DNA of 64,000 nucleotides from Anaerohalosphaeraceae bacterium (GTDB lineage Bacteria; Planctomycetota; Phycisphaerae; Sedimentisphaerales; Anaerohalosphaeraceae): the NCBI GenBank assembly GCA_963675525.2, contig CAXXSL010000011.1, forward strand, positions 320,001 to 384,000. Reading direction: 5' to 3'. The first letter of the stretch is position 1. Each line of letters begins with the position of its first letter. Below are positions 29,414 to 38,995 of this stretch, in pieces. The position numbers and the translations under genes are program-made. The notes under the pieces are model-generated. The model saw nothing but the letters and a program-made list of their open reading frames with translations, was not told the DNA's origin and did not search any database.

Positions 29414-29986
29414 TTAGTAATTTATAGCTTCGATTTCAAAATGCGCCTGCGGATGTTCACAGGCCGGGCAGGTTCCTGGTGCTTCCAAGCCTTCATGCAC
29501 ATAACCGCAATTGCGGCAGACCCATTGCACTTTTTCGCCGCGACGGAAAACTTCGCCCTTCTGAATGTTTTTGCGGAGTTTCAAATAGCGGTCTCTGTGA
29601 CGCGCCTCGGCCACGGCAATCTTACGGAACACAGCCGCGATTTCCTTAAACCCTTCTGCATCCGCAATCTTAGCAAATCCCGGATACATTTCAGTGGTTT
29701 CATAATTTTCGCCCGCCGCCGCTTCCTGCAGGTTTTCCTCAGTGGTGCCGATGACGCCGGCCGGAAAAGCAGCACAGATTTCGACTTCGCCGCCTTCCAG
29801 AAACTTGAACAACCGCTTGGCGTGCTCTTTTTCCTGACTGGCGGTTTCTTCAAAAATCGCAGATATCTGCACAAATCCTTCTTTTTTCGCTTTGCTGGCG
29901 TAATACGTATAACGATTGCGTGCCTGTGATTCGCCACAAAATGCCGTCAGCAGATTTTTCTCCGTCTGTGTGCCTTTCAAACTCAT
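29414..29986 (-). CDS. rbr: Rubrerythrin
   Basis: AFCGESQARNRY, QEKEHAK, GENYE, AEARH, WVCRNCGY...CPAC. Confidence 0.95.
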   Translation of the reverse strand: MSLKGTQTEKNLLTAFCGESQARNRYTYYASKAKKEGFVQISAIFEETASQEKEHAKRLFKFLEGGEVEICAAFPAGVIGTTEENLQEAAAGENYETTEMYPGFAKIADAEGFKEIAAVFRKIAVAEARHRDRYLKLRKNIQKGEVFRRGEKVQWVCRNCGYVHEGLEAPGTCPACEHPQAHFEIEAINY

Positions 29987-30012
29987 CTTCAGAACCTCAC
30001 TTTCTTTTCTTA

Positions 30013-30510
30013 TTAGTTTTTGTTGATATTGTTGTTTTCTGATTCAGACTTGTTATCGCCTTGCATACATATTCCGCATAATCCTTCGAGATATACGGTT
30101 TTTCGCAATATTTGAAACTGCCCTTTCAGTTCGGCTGGTATATCGATATTGTCAAATGACTCATGGTGAATGTCAATCACTTTACCGCATTTGATACATA
30201 AAAAATGCTGGTGATCTTCCAATCCGCCATCGAAACGACGTGGTTGACCTGTCCCCTCGACAATAAAAGCCGCCCCGATCCCGGATAGCGTATGAAGAGT
30301 TCGATTGACGGTATCCAATGAAATATTACTGATTTCATCACGTACCTTCTGGTAAACCTCCTCGGCAGTAGGATGTGTGTCCATAGAAATCAAAGCTTTA
30401 TAGACCGCTATACGCTGAGGGGTAATCTTGAGGCCATTGTCTCTGCAAATACCCTCAAAATCAGATATTCTTCTATCTACATTTATATCTTCTTCGATTC
30501 CAGGCACCAT
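30013..30510 (-). CDS. perR: Fur-family regulator, PerR-like
   Basis: TPQR, HPTAEEVY, HQHFLCIKCG, CGIC; heads an oxidative-stress cluster. Confidence 0.8.
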   Translation of the reverse strand: MVPGIEEDINVDRRISDFEGICRDNGLKITPQRIAVYKALISMDTHPTAEEVYQKVRDEISNISLDTVNRTLHTLSGIGAAFIVEGTGQPRRFDGGLEDHQHFLCIKCGKVIDIHHESFDNIDIPAELKGQFQILRKTVYLEGLCGICMQGDNKSESENNNINKN

Positions 30511-30536
30511 TTATCCTTTTTTTTTGTACTACTATT

Positions 30537-30579
30537 AATTAGTTGTTATTACTATTTAGTATTTACACCTATTTGTCAA
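30537..30579 (-). promoter_or_regulatory. perR promoter with overlapping Per-box-like palindrome
   Basis: TTGACA at 30574-30579 on the minus strand. Inverted repeat AATTAGT-N7-ACTATTT at 30537-30557 overlaps the expected -10. Confidence 0.55.
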
Positions 30580-30811
30580 GTAGGTTCTCACTAAATTTGA
30601 AAATTTTTGAAAAACATCGCCCAAATCCGTTACAGTGTGATATCCATTAGACCGATAATGTTTCCATGTTATTTTACGTGACAGATGAGCCGATATATAA
30701 AAGAAATCATTGTTATTCTCCGATAAGTAATTAAAATGTTTGTTTATTATTGCTGAGATTTAAAAGTTCATATAATCGATGTTAATTTATATTTTTTGGA
30801 AAGGTTTATTT

Positions 30812-31909
30812 ATGCTGTTATTGTATTTTATTCGATTCTTGTTTTTTGTCACGGCAGCGGCACTAATGGTACTTGGGCTAAACGAAACAGCCAAAACAAC
30901 TCAGGATCTTTATGTTTTTAATATCGCCCTGGCTTTAACTGTTCTTGCGATTGTGGTCGAATGGCTGACGCCGAAAAAGTCGTTGTCCACACTGGCAGGT
31001 ATTTTTTTCGGATTGTTAGTCGGTCTTGTGATCAGCCTGGGTTTCAATAAGATTTTGGAGTTTATCAATCTTATTTCCGTCAATGCGCCTCCAACCACAT
31101 TACGAATGGCACTTTGGTTTGTCGACATCTGCATTTGCTATCTCTGTATCAGCATCGTCATACGAACAAAAGATGACTTCCGTTTTTTGGTCCCCTATGT
31201 TGAGTTCACCCGCCAAACCAAAGGGTTGCGTCCTTTGGTTCTGGATACATCTGTCATTATTGACGGCCGCATTGCCGATATCGCTGAAACAAAGCTTTTC
31301 GATGCCCCGCTGATCGTGCCGCGATTTGTTCTCAATGAGCTCCAACTCATCGCTGATTCCGGCGATAAGATCAAACGCAATCGGGGCCGCAGAGGGCTGG
31401 ACATGCTCAACAGATTGCAGCACAGTTCATTTGTCGAAGTTAAAGTGGACGACACCCCCCCGCCCGGACTCGATGAGAAGACGGAAGTGGACCAAAAACT
31501 GGTCGCTTTCACCAAAGACTGCAACGGACGGCTTGTGACCAATGACTTCAATCTGAATAAAGTTGCCTCATTGCGAGGGGTCGATGTCATCAATATCAAC
31601 GATCTGGCCAATGCGCTCAAAACCGTCACCCTGCCCGGCGAAGGAATGAGAGTGAAAATTCTCCGTCTGGGCGAAGAATCCCATCAGGGTGTCGGCTATC
31701 TCGAAGACGGAACCATGGTTGTCGTCGAAGGTGCAAACGACAGAGTCGGTCAAACCATCACCTTTACGGTTACCAGCGCACTGCAGACCTCCGCCGGACG
31801 CATGATCTTTGGAAAATTCGAAGGATATCAGACATCCGGATCCAATACCGGAAATGGCAAAAATAATCAGGACAGCCATGACCGAAAACGCTTTGTTCCG
31901 GCAAAATAA
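30812..31909 (+). CDS. Membrane PIN/TRAM-domain protein (YacL family)
   Basis: N-terminal TMs; LDTSVIIDGRI; RNRGRRGLD; TNDFNLNKVA; QGVGYLEDGTMVVV; LQTSAGRMIF. Confidence 0.9.
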   Translation: MLLLYFIRFLFFVTAAALMVLGLNETAKTTQDLYVFNIALALTVLAIVVEWLTPKKSLSTLAGIFFGLLVGLVISLGFNKILEFINLISVNAPPTTLRMALWFVDICICYLCISIVIRTKDDFRFLVPYVEFTRQTKGLRPLVLDTSVIIDGRIADIAETKLFDAPLIVPRFVLNELQLIADSGDKIKRNRGRRGLDMLNRLQHSSFVEVKVDDTPPPGLDEKTEVDQKLVAFTKDCNGRLVTNDFNLNKVASLRGVDVININDLANALKTVTLPGEGMRVKILRLGEESHQGVGYLEDGTMVVVEGANDRVGQTITFTVTSALQTSAGRMIFGKFEGYQTSGSNTGNGKNNQDSHDRKRFVPAK

Positions 31910-33070
31910 ATGTGCTCTGAGGCCAACGATATCACCTTTGAGCCGTTGTCCGTTGACAGGTCTTCTTCAGACAGCCTGAAATGGAGCCGGTACAAAGACT
32001 CTGACATCCTGCCCATGTGGGTAGCCGATATGGATTTCCGCAGCGCCGAACCCATTATAGAAGCATTGCAGGAGCGGGTCTCTCATGGTGTGTTTGGTTA
32101 TGGCATTGCCGGTGACAAAACAAACAAGACCGTCATTGAATGGTTAAAAAACCGACATAACTGGGAAGTTCGCCCGGAATGGATCGTCTGGACGCCGGGG
32201 CTTGTCTCCACTTTAAATGTGATCTGCCGCGCCTTTGCCGAACCCGACCAGCAAGTGCTCACCTTTACGCCCGTTTATCCGCCTTTCCTTTCGGCTCCCG
32301 GCCTGTCCGGGCGATTGCTGCTGACCTGTCCGCTGAAAAACACCAACGGTATTTACACGATTGATTTTGAAACACTGGAATCCGTCGTAACAGAAAAGAC
32401 AAAAGTGCTGCTGTTCTGCAGTCCCCACAATCCCGTTGGAAGAGTCTGGGATAAAGAAACACTGCTCAAACTCGCCGCTTTTTGTCTGAACCGAAACATC
32501 CTGCTCTGTTCCGATGAAATTCATTGCGACCTTATCTTGGATACCAGTGCCAAACATACACCAACGGCAACACTGGATCAGGACATTGCCGCCAACACCA
32601 TCACCCTGATGTCTCCGGCCAAGACGTTTAATCTGCCGGGGCTCAATTGCGGATTTGCCATCATCTCCAACGCAAAACTTCGTAAAGCCTACATGGACGC
32701 CGCCCGTGATATTGTCCCGCATGTTAATGTGTTAGGCTATGCCGCCTGCCGGGCCGCCTTTACACAGGGAGTTGACTGGCTAAACAACGTGCTGGATTAC
32801 CTGCGAGAAAATCTTCGCATTCTTTGCCATGCGATCAACAGCATCGACGGCCTGTCCATGGCCCCCGTCGAGGCGACCTACCTGGCATGGATCGATGTAC
32901 AAAAACTGAACCTCTCCGATCCGGTCGCTTTCTTTGAAAAAGCCGGTGTCGGAATCACCAACGGCGCCGAATTCGGCCAACCGGGCTTTGTCCGGCTCAA
33001 CTTCGCCTGTTCACAAAAAAATCTTCTGCTGGCAATTGAACGAATTGAAAATGCGGTCAATAAACAATAA
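31910..33070 (+). CDS. PatB/MalY-family PLP-dependent C-S lyase
   Basis: SLKW, PMWVADMDF, CSPHNPVG, SDEIH, SPAKTFNLPG, RLNFAC. Confidence 0.9.
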   Translation: MCSEANDITFEPLSVDRSSSDSLKWSRYKDSDILPMWVADMDFRSAEPIIEALQERVSHGVFGYGIAGDKTNKTVIEWLKNRHNWEVRPEWIVWTPGLVSTLNVICRAFAEPDQQVLTFTPVYPPFLSAPGLSGRLLLTCPLKNTNGIYTIDFETLESVVTEKTKVLLFCSPHNPVGRVWDKETLLKLAAFCLNRNILLCSDEIHCDLILDTSAKHTPTATLDQDIAANTITLMSPAKTFNLPGLNCGFAIISNAKLRKAYMDAARDIVPHVNVLGYAACRAAFTQGVDWLNNVLDYLRENLRILCHAINSIDGLSMAPVEATYLAWIDVQKLNLSDPVAFFEKAGVGITNGAEFGQPGFVRLNFACSQKNLLLAIERIENAVNKQ

Positions 33071-33081
33071 GGGACACCGAG

Positions 33082-33570
33082 ATGGATCACCGACAAAAAC
33101 AACAACGCTATCAGCGAATGGCAGAACAACTAAACAGCCTGCTCAAAACAACCAATGACCCCGTCTCACGCATGGCCACGATTGCCTCGCTGCTATACCA
33201 CAAAATGCGGCATTTTTACTGGGTCGGTTTCTATCGTCTCGTCGACAATGAATTGCTGGTCGGTCCCTATCAGGGGACGATCGCATGCCAAAAGCTCCCC
33301 CGGGATACCGGCGTCTGCTGGGCGGCAATCAATCACCGCCAGACGGTCCTGGTCCCCGATGTCAGCCTGTTTCCGGGGCATATCGCCTGTGACGCGCGAA
33401 GTAAATCTGAAATCGTCGTCCCCGTTACGGACACACATGGAAACATCACCGCCGTTCTCGACGGCGACAGCGATAAAAAAGACACCTTCGATGAAATCGA
33501 TGCAGAGTATCTTTCCTTCATTGCCGAAAAGATATATCGCGACGCATCAAATTCACCTCAACCCTTGTGA
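33082..33570 (+). CDS. msrC: GAF-domain free methionine-(R)-sulfoxide reductase
   Basis: WVGFY, GPYQGTIAC, GVC, VPDV..FPGHIAC, SEIVVP. Confidence 0.8.
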   Translation: MDHRQKQQRYQRMAEQLNSLLKTTNDPVSRMATIASLLYHKMRHFYWVGFYRLVDNELLVGPYQGTIACQKLPRDTGVCWAAINHRQTVLVPDVSLFPGHIACDARSKSEIVVPVTDTHGNITAVLDGDSDKKDTFDEIDAEYLSFIAEKIYRDASNSPQPL

Positions 33571-33685
33571 ATCTTTCGGCATGTCACAAAAGCCGTCAAT
33601 CATCACTAAAATATTGCATTTAGAACTCCATCTAAACCTTACTTTGTTTGTGTATATAATGCACCGAAACAACTCCTGAATTAAT

Positions 33686-33714
33686 TTGACAATCTTGAAT
33701 GTAATTTTTACAAT
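33686..33714 (+). promoter_or_regulatory. Sigma70 promoter of the ABC transporter genes
   Basis: TTGACA-N17-TACAAT. Confidence 0.65.
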
Positions 33715-33777
33715 TATATGCAACATATTAATCTATTTGTCGTCTAATAATATATACATTATTAGGAAGGAAGCAAG

Positions 33778-34719
33778 ATGCCAATTATTCGCATGACGAA
33801 TCTCAGAAAAGAATTTTCATCTCTTATCGCCGTCAATGATATCAATTATTCGATCGAACCCGGCCAAGTTGTCGGCCTCATCGGACCGAATGGTGCCGGG
33901 AAAACAACGCTCCTTCGAATGCTGGCAACCGTTTTACCGCCGACAGACGGAACCGCAGAGATTTGCGGATTTGATTTACGCAAAAAGCCGCTGGAAATTC
34001 GCAAAAAGATTGGCTACCTACCTGATTTTTTCAATTTATACAATGATCTAAAATTAACCGAATGCCTCGACTTTTTCGCCCGCGCTTACGGCATCCCGGC
34101 CGATGAGATACCTGCAAAGATAAATCAGACACTTGACTATGTTAACCTGCTATCCAAAAAAGACAGCTTCATCCGGCACCTTTCAAGAGGCATGATCCAG
34201 CGTATGGGCCTGGCGGTGCTGCTGGTTCATGAACCGGATATTCTCCTGCTGGACGAACCGGCATCAGGTCTGGACCCGATGGCCCGTATTCAGCTTCGGG
34301 ATATCCTCAGAAGGCTTAGTTCCGAAGGCAAGACCATTCTTATCTCGTCTCATATTTTGAGCGAACTTTCCGGATTTTGCTCCCATATCGCTATCATGAA
34401 TCAAGGCAAACTCGTCCTTGAAGGTGATATTGAGCGCATTGAAAGAGAAATCACCGGTATCGGTAAAATCACAATCAGAGTCCTTGAAAACGTAAACCAT
34501 GCCAAAACGCTTATCGAGCAATTTCCGGACGTTACACTCGAACAGGCATCAGACTCCACGTTCAGCCTGCGAGTCAATAACGGCCCACAAGCCGTGGCGG
34601 ACCTGAACGCCCACCTCGTCAACAACGGGGTTCGGGTGATTCATATCTGTGAACAAAAAACAACACTGGAAGACTTATTTATGGAAATCTCCAAAGAGAA
34701 AAACCTGCAAGTCAGTTAA
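33778..34719 (+). CDS. ABC-2 type exporter ATP-binding protein
   Basis: GPNGAGKTT, LSRGM, LLLDEP, ISSH, C-terminal TLEDLF. Confidence 0.92.
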   Translation: MPIIRMTNLRKEFSSLIAVNDINYSIEPGQVVGLIGPNGAGKTTLLRMLATVLPPTDGTAEICGFDLRKKPLEIRKKIGYLPDFFNLYNDLKLTECLDFFARAYGIPADEIPAKINQTLDYVNLLSKKDSFIRHLSRGMIQRMGLAVLLVHEPDILLLDEPASGLDPMARIQLRDILRRLSSEGKTILISSHILSELSGFCSHIAIMNQGKLVLEGDIERIEREITGIGKITIRVLENVNHAKTLIEQFPDVTLEQASDSTFSLRVNNGPQAVADLNAHLVNNGVRVIHICEQKTTLEDLFMEISKEKNLQVS

Positions 34720-34732
34720 GGAAGGAAACCAT

Positions 34733-36154
34733 ATGTTCAGTAACCCGATCATTCAACGATATCGATTTTCTCAATTCAGACCGCAACAGCTTTGGACTTT
34801 TGGCACACTTTATAGTTGCAGTTTGCTCTTGATTTTCTTCATCAATACATCTATTTACAGCGTTGGAGAAGTTTTCGATTCCACACAGGACCTTTATAAA
34901 TCGCTTTTCATTCAATTTTCAATCTTACAGGCTATCCTACTTTGGTTGCTTATGCCGATAAACTGCAGCAATGTCGTCCCTCGTGAAATAGCAGACAAAT
35001 CCTTCGATTTCTTCCGTCTGCTTCCTCTCTCTGCAGGCAAAAAAGCAATCGGAATCCTTGTCGGCCGAAATCTTTTTAATATCCTCATTGCTGCTATTAA
35101 CTTAGCCATATGGCTGGTTTTGGGAATGATGGGGGATATTTCAACGAAACTTCTGTTGCAGTGGCTCCTTTTATTTATCGCGGGCACATTGCTGTTGAAC
35201 TCCGCCTCACTGCTGTTTTCAGTTCTATCCTATAAAAACAGAAAATCCACCAGCATCCCAATTTTAGTCGTGGCAGCCCTTTTTGCATTTGGGCCCATAT
35301 GCGGAACGATTGTCGGGGCTGTCGAAAATGGAGAAGTCATTTCTTTTTCTGCTGATTTTTTCAACATTCAGGTTCCGATTCTCTATCTGGTCAGTGCATA
35401 CGTTTTAATTGGTGCCGGTTGGGCTTTTTCCGGGATATTACGACGGTTTACCTTAGAATATGAACCCTTATTCAGCCGAAAAGGCGCCTTGGGGTTTATG
35501 GTTTGCTATCTTTTTCTGGTCTATGCGCTCTATCATAAGTTCCTGTTCACGATAGAAAATCAGGGTGCAGAATTTCTTTTTTACTCGTTCTACTTTGTCA
35601 CATCCATCCCGCTGTTGGTGATATGCCTGTTATCAATCAGAACATTCGATAAATATATCGAAATAACGCGGCTATCCTCAAAAAAAGGCAGTGTGCTTTG
35701 GGAAATATTTTTGAATTCAAACTTATGTTTAGGTATCCTTCTGTTTTTGTTATGGGGGATGACCGCCGGAATGGTCAGCGCCGTCACAGGTTCCCTGCCT
35801 GACTATTTTAAATTGACATTACTCTTTTTAACGGCATGGCTTATTTTGCTTTCTCTGCTTGAAATTTATTCAATCTATCTTCCAAACAATGAAAAAATCG
35901 GCTACCTTCTGGTCTTCATTGCCGGTCTCTATCTGATACTTCCAATGGTCCTCAGTGGGCTTTTTGAAAATGACTATTTAGCCATGTTCAGCCCGCTTGG
36001 AATTATTTATAGCTATAAAATGTACCATACCGTTGATGCGTTGTTGCCGCCATTAATCGTCAACATTGCCATCTTCATTCCACTGCTTCTGATGATCGGG
36101 GTACGCTATTCAAAAATCGGAAAATTACGGTCACGTATTGATGCGGACGCTTAG
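34733..36154 (+). CDS. Polytopic membrane protein, probable ABC permease
   Basis: Many TM segments; RE.ADKSFDFFRLLPL ABC-2-like motif; follows the ATPase; AAGGA RBS. Confidence 0.7.
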   Translation: MFSNPIIQRYRFSQFRPQQLWTFGTLYSCSLLLIFFINTSIYSVGEVFDSTQDLYKSLFIQFSILQAILLWLLMPINCSNVVPREIADKSFDFFRLLPLSAGKKAIGILVGRNLFNILIAAINLAIWLVLGMMGDISTKLLLQWLLLFIAGTLLLNSASLLFSVLSYKNRKSTSIPILVVAALFAFGPICGTIVGAVENGEVISFSADFFNIQVPILYLVSAYVLIGAGWAFSGILRRFTLEYEPLFSRKGALGFMVCYLFLVYALYHKFLFTIENQGAEFLFYSFYFVTSIPLLVICLLSIRTFDKYIEITRLSSKKGSVLWEIFLNSNLCLGILLFLLWGMTAGMVSAVTGSLPDYFKLTLLFLTAWLILLSLLEIYSIYLPNNEKIGYLLVFIAGLYLILPMVLSGLFENDYLAMFSPLGIIYSYKMYHTVDALLPPLIVNIAIFIPLLLMIGVRYSKIGKLRSRIDADA

Positions 36155-36168
36155 GAGAGCATTTTAAT

Positions 36169-37287
36169 TCACGAAGTCAGGCAATCAATAATCCGGTTGG
36201 CTGTGTGAGGATTGTACAGGTCTTTGGAAGATGAAGCCATTGCCTGTCGTTTGGATTCATCGGCCATCAGGGTTGTTAACGCATTCAATAAATCCCGAGC
36301 CATTTGCGTAGGCGATTCGATATTATCCTCCACGATCATCGCCGCTCCGGCATCGACCAGTTTTTGAGCATTTTTGTATTGATGCCGGTCCTTATGGTAC
36401 GGATACGGAATGCAGATGGCCGGCTTTCCCGCCGCGGCGTATTCGGCCACGCTGACCGCCCCGGATCGGCCGACGACAATATCCGCCGCCGCCAGAAGGT
36501 TCGGCATATCATCATAATAATCGACGGCATGGTAGCTTATGTCAAATCCGCCGGCCGCGGCCTGAACCGAGTCAATATGCACCTGTCCCGTCAAATGGAC
36601 AACCTGCCACCGGTCAGAAAACTCAGCTAACTGGGGCATGATCGAAAGAATTGCGTCGTTAATATTCATCGATCCGCTGGAGGCCCCGGTAATCAGCAAA
36701 ACTTGCTTGTCCGCATCGAGAGCCAACTCCGAAAACGCCTTCTGCTTATCCGGGTTTTGAAATTCCTGACGCAAAGGACACCCCACCACCTCAACCCGGC
36801 CTTTTTTGAAAAACGACGCCGTATCCTCAAACTGGACAAATACCGTTTTCGCAAATCGACCCAGAAAGCGATTGGCCTTGCCCGGCACACTGTCCACGTT
36901 GATCAAATACACCGGAATCTTTAACGATCTTGCCGCCATCACAACCGGCGCGGTAACGAATCCGCCCGTTCCGATGACAACCGTATTCTGCCTGAACGGT
37001 TCCAGTATCTGCTTGACAAAATAATAGCTTTTCACAAATTGAGCAAAAAACCGGACCAGTTTTTTCGGATGTTTCGAGAGACCAACGGCCGGTAAAGGTA
37101 AAAATTCATAACCCGACCGTGACAAAATTCGTGCGTCGATTTCGCGATGGCTGCAGAAAAACAAGATCGAACTGCCATCCTGTTTTTGATGAATATGGTC
37201 CGCCACCGCCAGGGCCGGATAAATATGCCCTCCCGTGCCGCCGCCGGCAAAGAAATAATGACAGGAACCTTTATCCGTCACAGCCAA
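36169..37287 (-). CDS. murG: Lipid II N-acetylglucosaminyltransferase MurG
   Basis: GGGTGGHIYPA, GTGGFV, PGKANR, GCPLR, RSGA, PYP, HQYKNA. Confidence 0.93.
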   Translation of the reverse strand: MAVTDKGSCHYFFAGGGTGGHIYPALAVADHIHQKQDGSSILFFCSHREIDARILSRSGYEFLPLPAVGLSKHPKKLVRFFAQFVKSYYFVKQILEPFRQNTVVIGTGGFVTAPVVMAARSLKIPVYLINVDSVPGKANRFLGRFAKTVFVQFEDTASFFKKGRVEVVGCPLRQEFQNPDKQKAFSELALDADKQVLLITGASSGSMNINDAILSIMPQLAEFSDRWQVVHLTGQVHIDSVQAAAGGFDISYHAVDYYDDMPNLLAAADIVVGRSGAVSVAEYAAAGKPAICIPYPYHKDRHQYKNAQKLVDAGAAMIVEDNIESPTQMARDLLNALTTLMADESKRQAMASSSKDLYNPHTANRIIDCLTS

Positions 37288-38485
37288 CCTCCTCCATCAC
37301 AAAATTCTCAGGGTAAACATCCCAAGCCACCGCCTGATCGGCATCTTGTTCATGCCGTGCAATATTTAACAATATCCCGACCGCCGCAGACGTCAGCAGC
37401 ATGCTCGTCCCCCCGGCGCTGATAAACGGCAGCGGAATGCCTTTCGTCGGCAGCATCACCGTGACCACGCCAATATTGATGATCGCCTGCAATGTAACCG
37501 CCATTACAATTCCGACACCCGCGAACCGGCCAAAGCGATTCCTGCACCGCATCGCCGCCACGATCCCCGCCCAGGCAAACACCACAAACAGCAGCATCAC
37601 AAAGATACAGGCCACAAGGCCCATTTCTTCGGCAATGATCGAAAAAATAAAGTCGGTCGTATCTTCCGGCAGATGCCCATATTTGATAACACCATGCCCC
37701 AGTCCTTTGCCGAAAATCCCGCCGGTACTGATTGCGATCAGGGACTGTTTAGCCTGATACGCCATAGTTGACGGGTCCAGGAAGTCTTTGATCCGGTTTA
37801 CCCGGGTCGGACTCATCATTACCGCCCCGGCAAACCCCACCACCATAAGCGGCAGCGGTGACAACAAGTGAATGATCCTGGCACCGCCGACAAAAAGCAT
37901 CAAATAACAGACCAAGGCAATAAACGCCGCGGTGCCGAAATCCTCTTTAATGATAAGGATAACCACCGTCGCAATGATCAGGCAGATCGGGGCAAATCGC
38001 TGTTTAAACCGGTCTAACGTCGAGGCATACTTGTCAAGAAAACCCGCCACAAACAGGATCATCACCCATTTGGCCATTTCAGACGGCTGAAAGCTGACAT
38101 AGACCGGCCCCGGCATTAAATCCATCCATCGCCGGGACTGGTTTCGCTCAACCCCCCCAAACAGAACAAATATCAGCAACAAAACCATCGCCGCAAATAA
38201 ATAAGGCGTCCACGAATACCCCAGAGGGCGAAGCGTAAAGCTGAAACGCCGATAATCAATCGCTGAAACCGCATACATAACCGCTATCGCCAGAGGAAAA
38301 AAGACCACTTGTTTCAGGACCGTAAAATTATAAAACCGAACCAGGTCATATTCGCCGCTGACCGTCGCTCCCGCGGAAAAGACAAACACGGTACCCGTCG
38401 CCATCAACAGCAGCACAGCCAGTTCAATGACCCTGTCCAGTTTGATATGTACTGATTTAGAACGCATGTAACTATATTTCGGCAT
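37271..38485 (-). CDS. ftsW: SEDS peptidoglycan glycosyltransferase FtsW
   Basis: RRW, FQPSE.AK, DFGT, LPEDTTDFIFSIIAEE, LPTKGIPLPFISAGGTS; directly upstream of murG. Confidence 0.88.
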   Translation of the reverse strand: MPKYSYMRSKSVHIKLDRVIELAVLLLMATGTVFVFSAGATVSGEYDLVRFYNFTVLKQVVFFPLAIAVMYAVSAIDYRRFSFTLRPLGYSWTPYLFAAMVLLLIFVLFGGVERNQSRRWMDLMPGPVYVSFQPSEMAKWVMILFVAGFLDKYASTLDRFKQRFAPICLIIATVVILIIKEDFGTAAFIALVCYLMLFVGGARIIHLLSPLPLMVVGFAGAVMMSPTRVNRIKDFLDPSTMAYQAKQSLIAISTGGIFGKGLGHGVIKYGHLPEDTTDFIFSIIAEEMGLVACIFVMLLFVVFAWAGIVAAMRCRNRFGRFAGVGIVMAVTLQAIINIGVVTVMLPTKGIPLPFISAGGTSMLLTSAAVGILLNIARHEQDADQAVAWDVYPENFVMEEVGCDG

Positions 38486-38610
38486 AATGATCAATTTTTC
38501 AATAAAAAAGAAGACGGATTTCCATCTCGCGTCAAAATCCTAAATAGCAGTTGATTCCATAAGTATTTTGGGTAAAATGTTGTGAACTTTAGAAAATGGG
38601 AGACTTTAAA

Positions 38611-38946
38611 ATGAATCGTACAATACTTATGTCGTTACTCGTTTGTATTAGTATCTTGCTAACCGGCTGCCAGGAATCGGATTCCAACCTGGTCCAGCGG
38701 GCCCGGTTCGTGGGGAACGAAAACCTGAAACTGAAAAATCAGCTTAAAGAAAAAGATTTGGAAATTGCCCAACTAAAGAAAGACATCCAAAATCTCGAAG
38801 CAGAAAATGTCCGGGCTGCACAGGCGGCCGGTGATGCAAATATCAAAATCCTGAGAACCCTTGCAGAAACCGAACAAGGAAATCAAGCCCTGTTGCAGGA
38901 AAATGAAAAACTTAAAGAAGAACTCGAAAAGCTAAAGGCCCAGTGA
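38611..38946 (+). CDS. Small coiled-coil lipoprotein
   Basis: Lipobox LTGC followed by heptad-rich helical sequence. Confidence 0.7.
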   Translation: MNRTILMSLLVCISILLTGCQESDSNLVQRARFVGNENLKLKNQLKEKDLEIAQLKKDIQNLEAENVRAAQAAGDANIKILRTLAETEQGNQALLQENEKLKEELEKLKAQ

Positions 38947-38995
38947 AAAACCGGGCCCGTTAAAATCCAGCGTCAATATCGGTCATTTCGGACCG

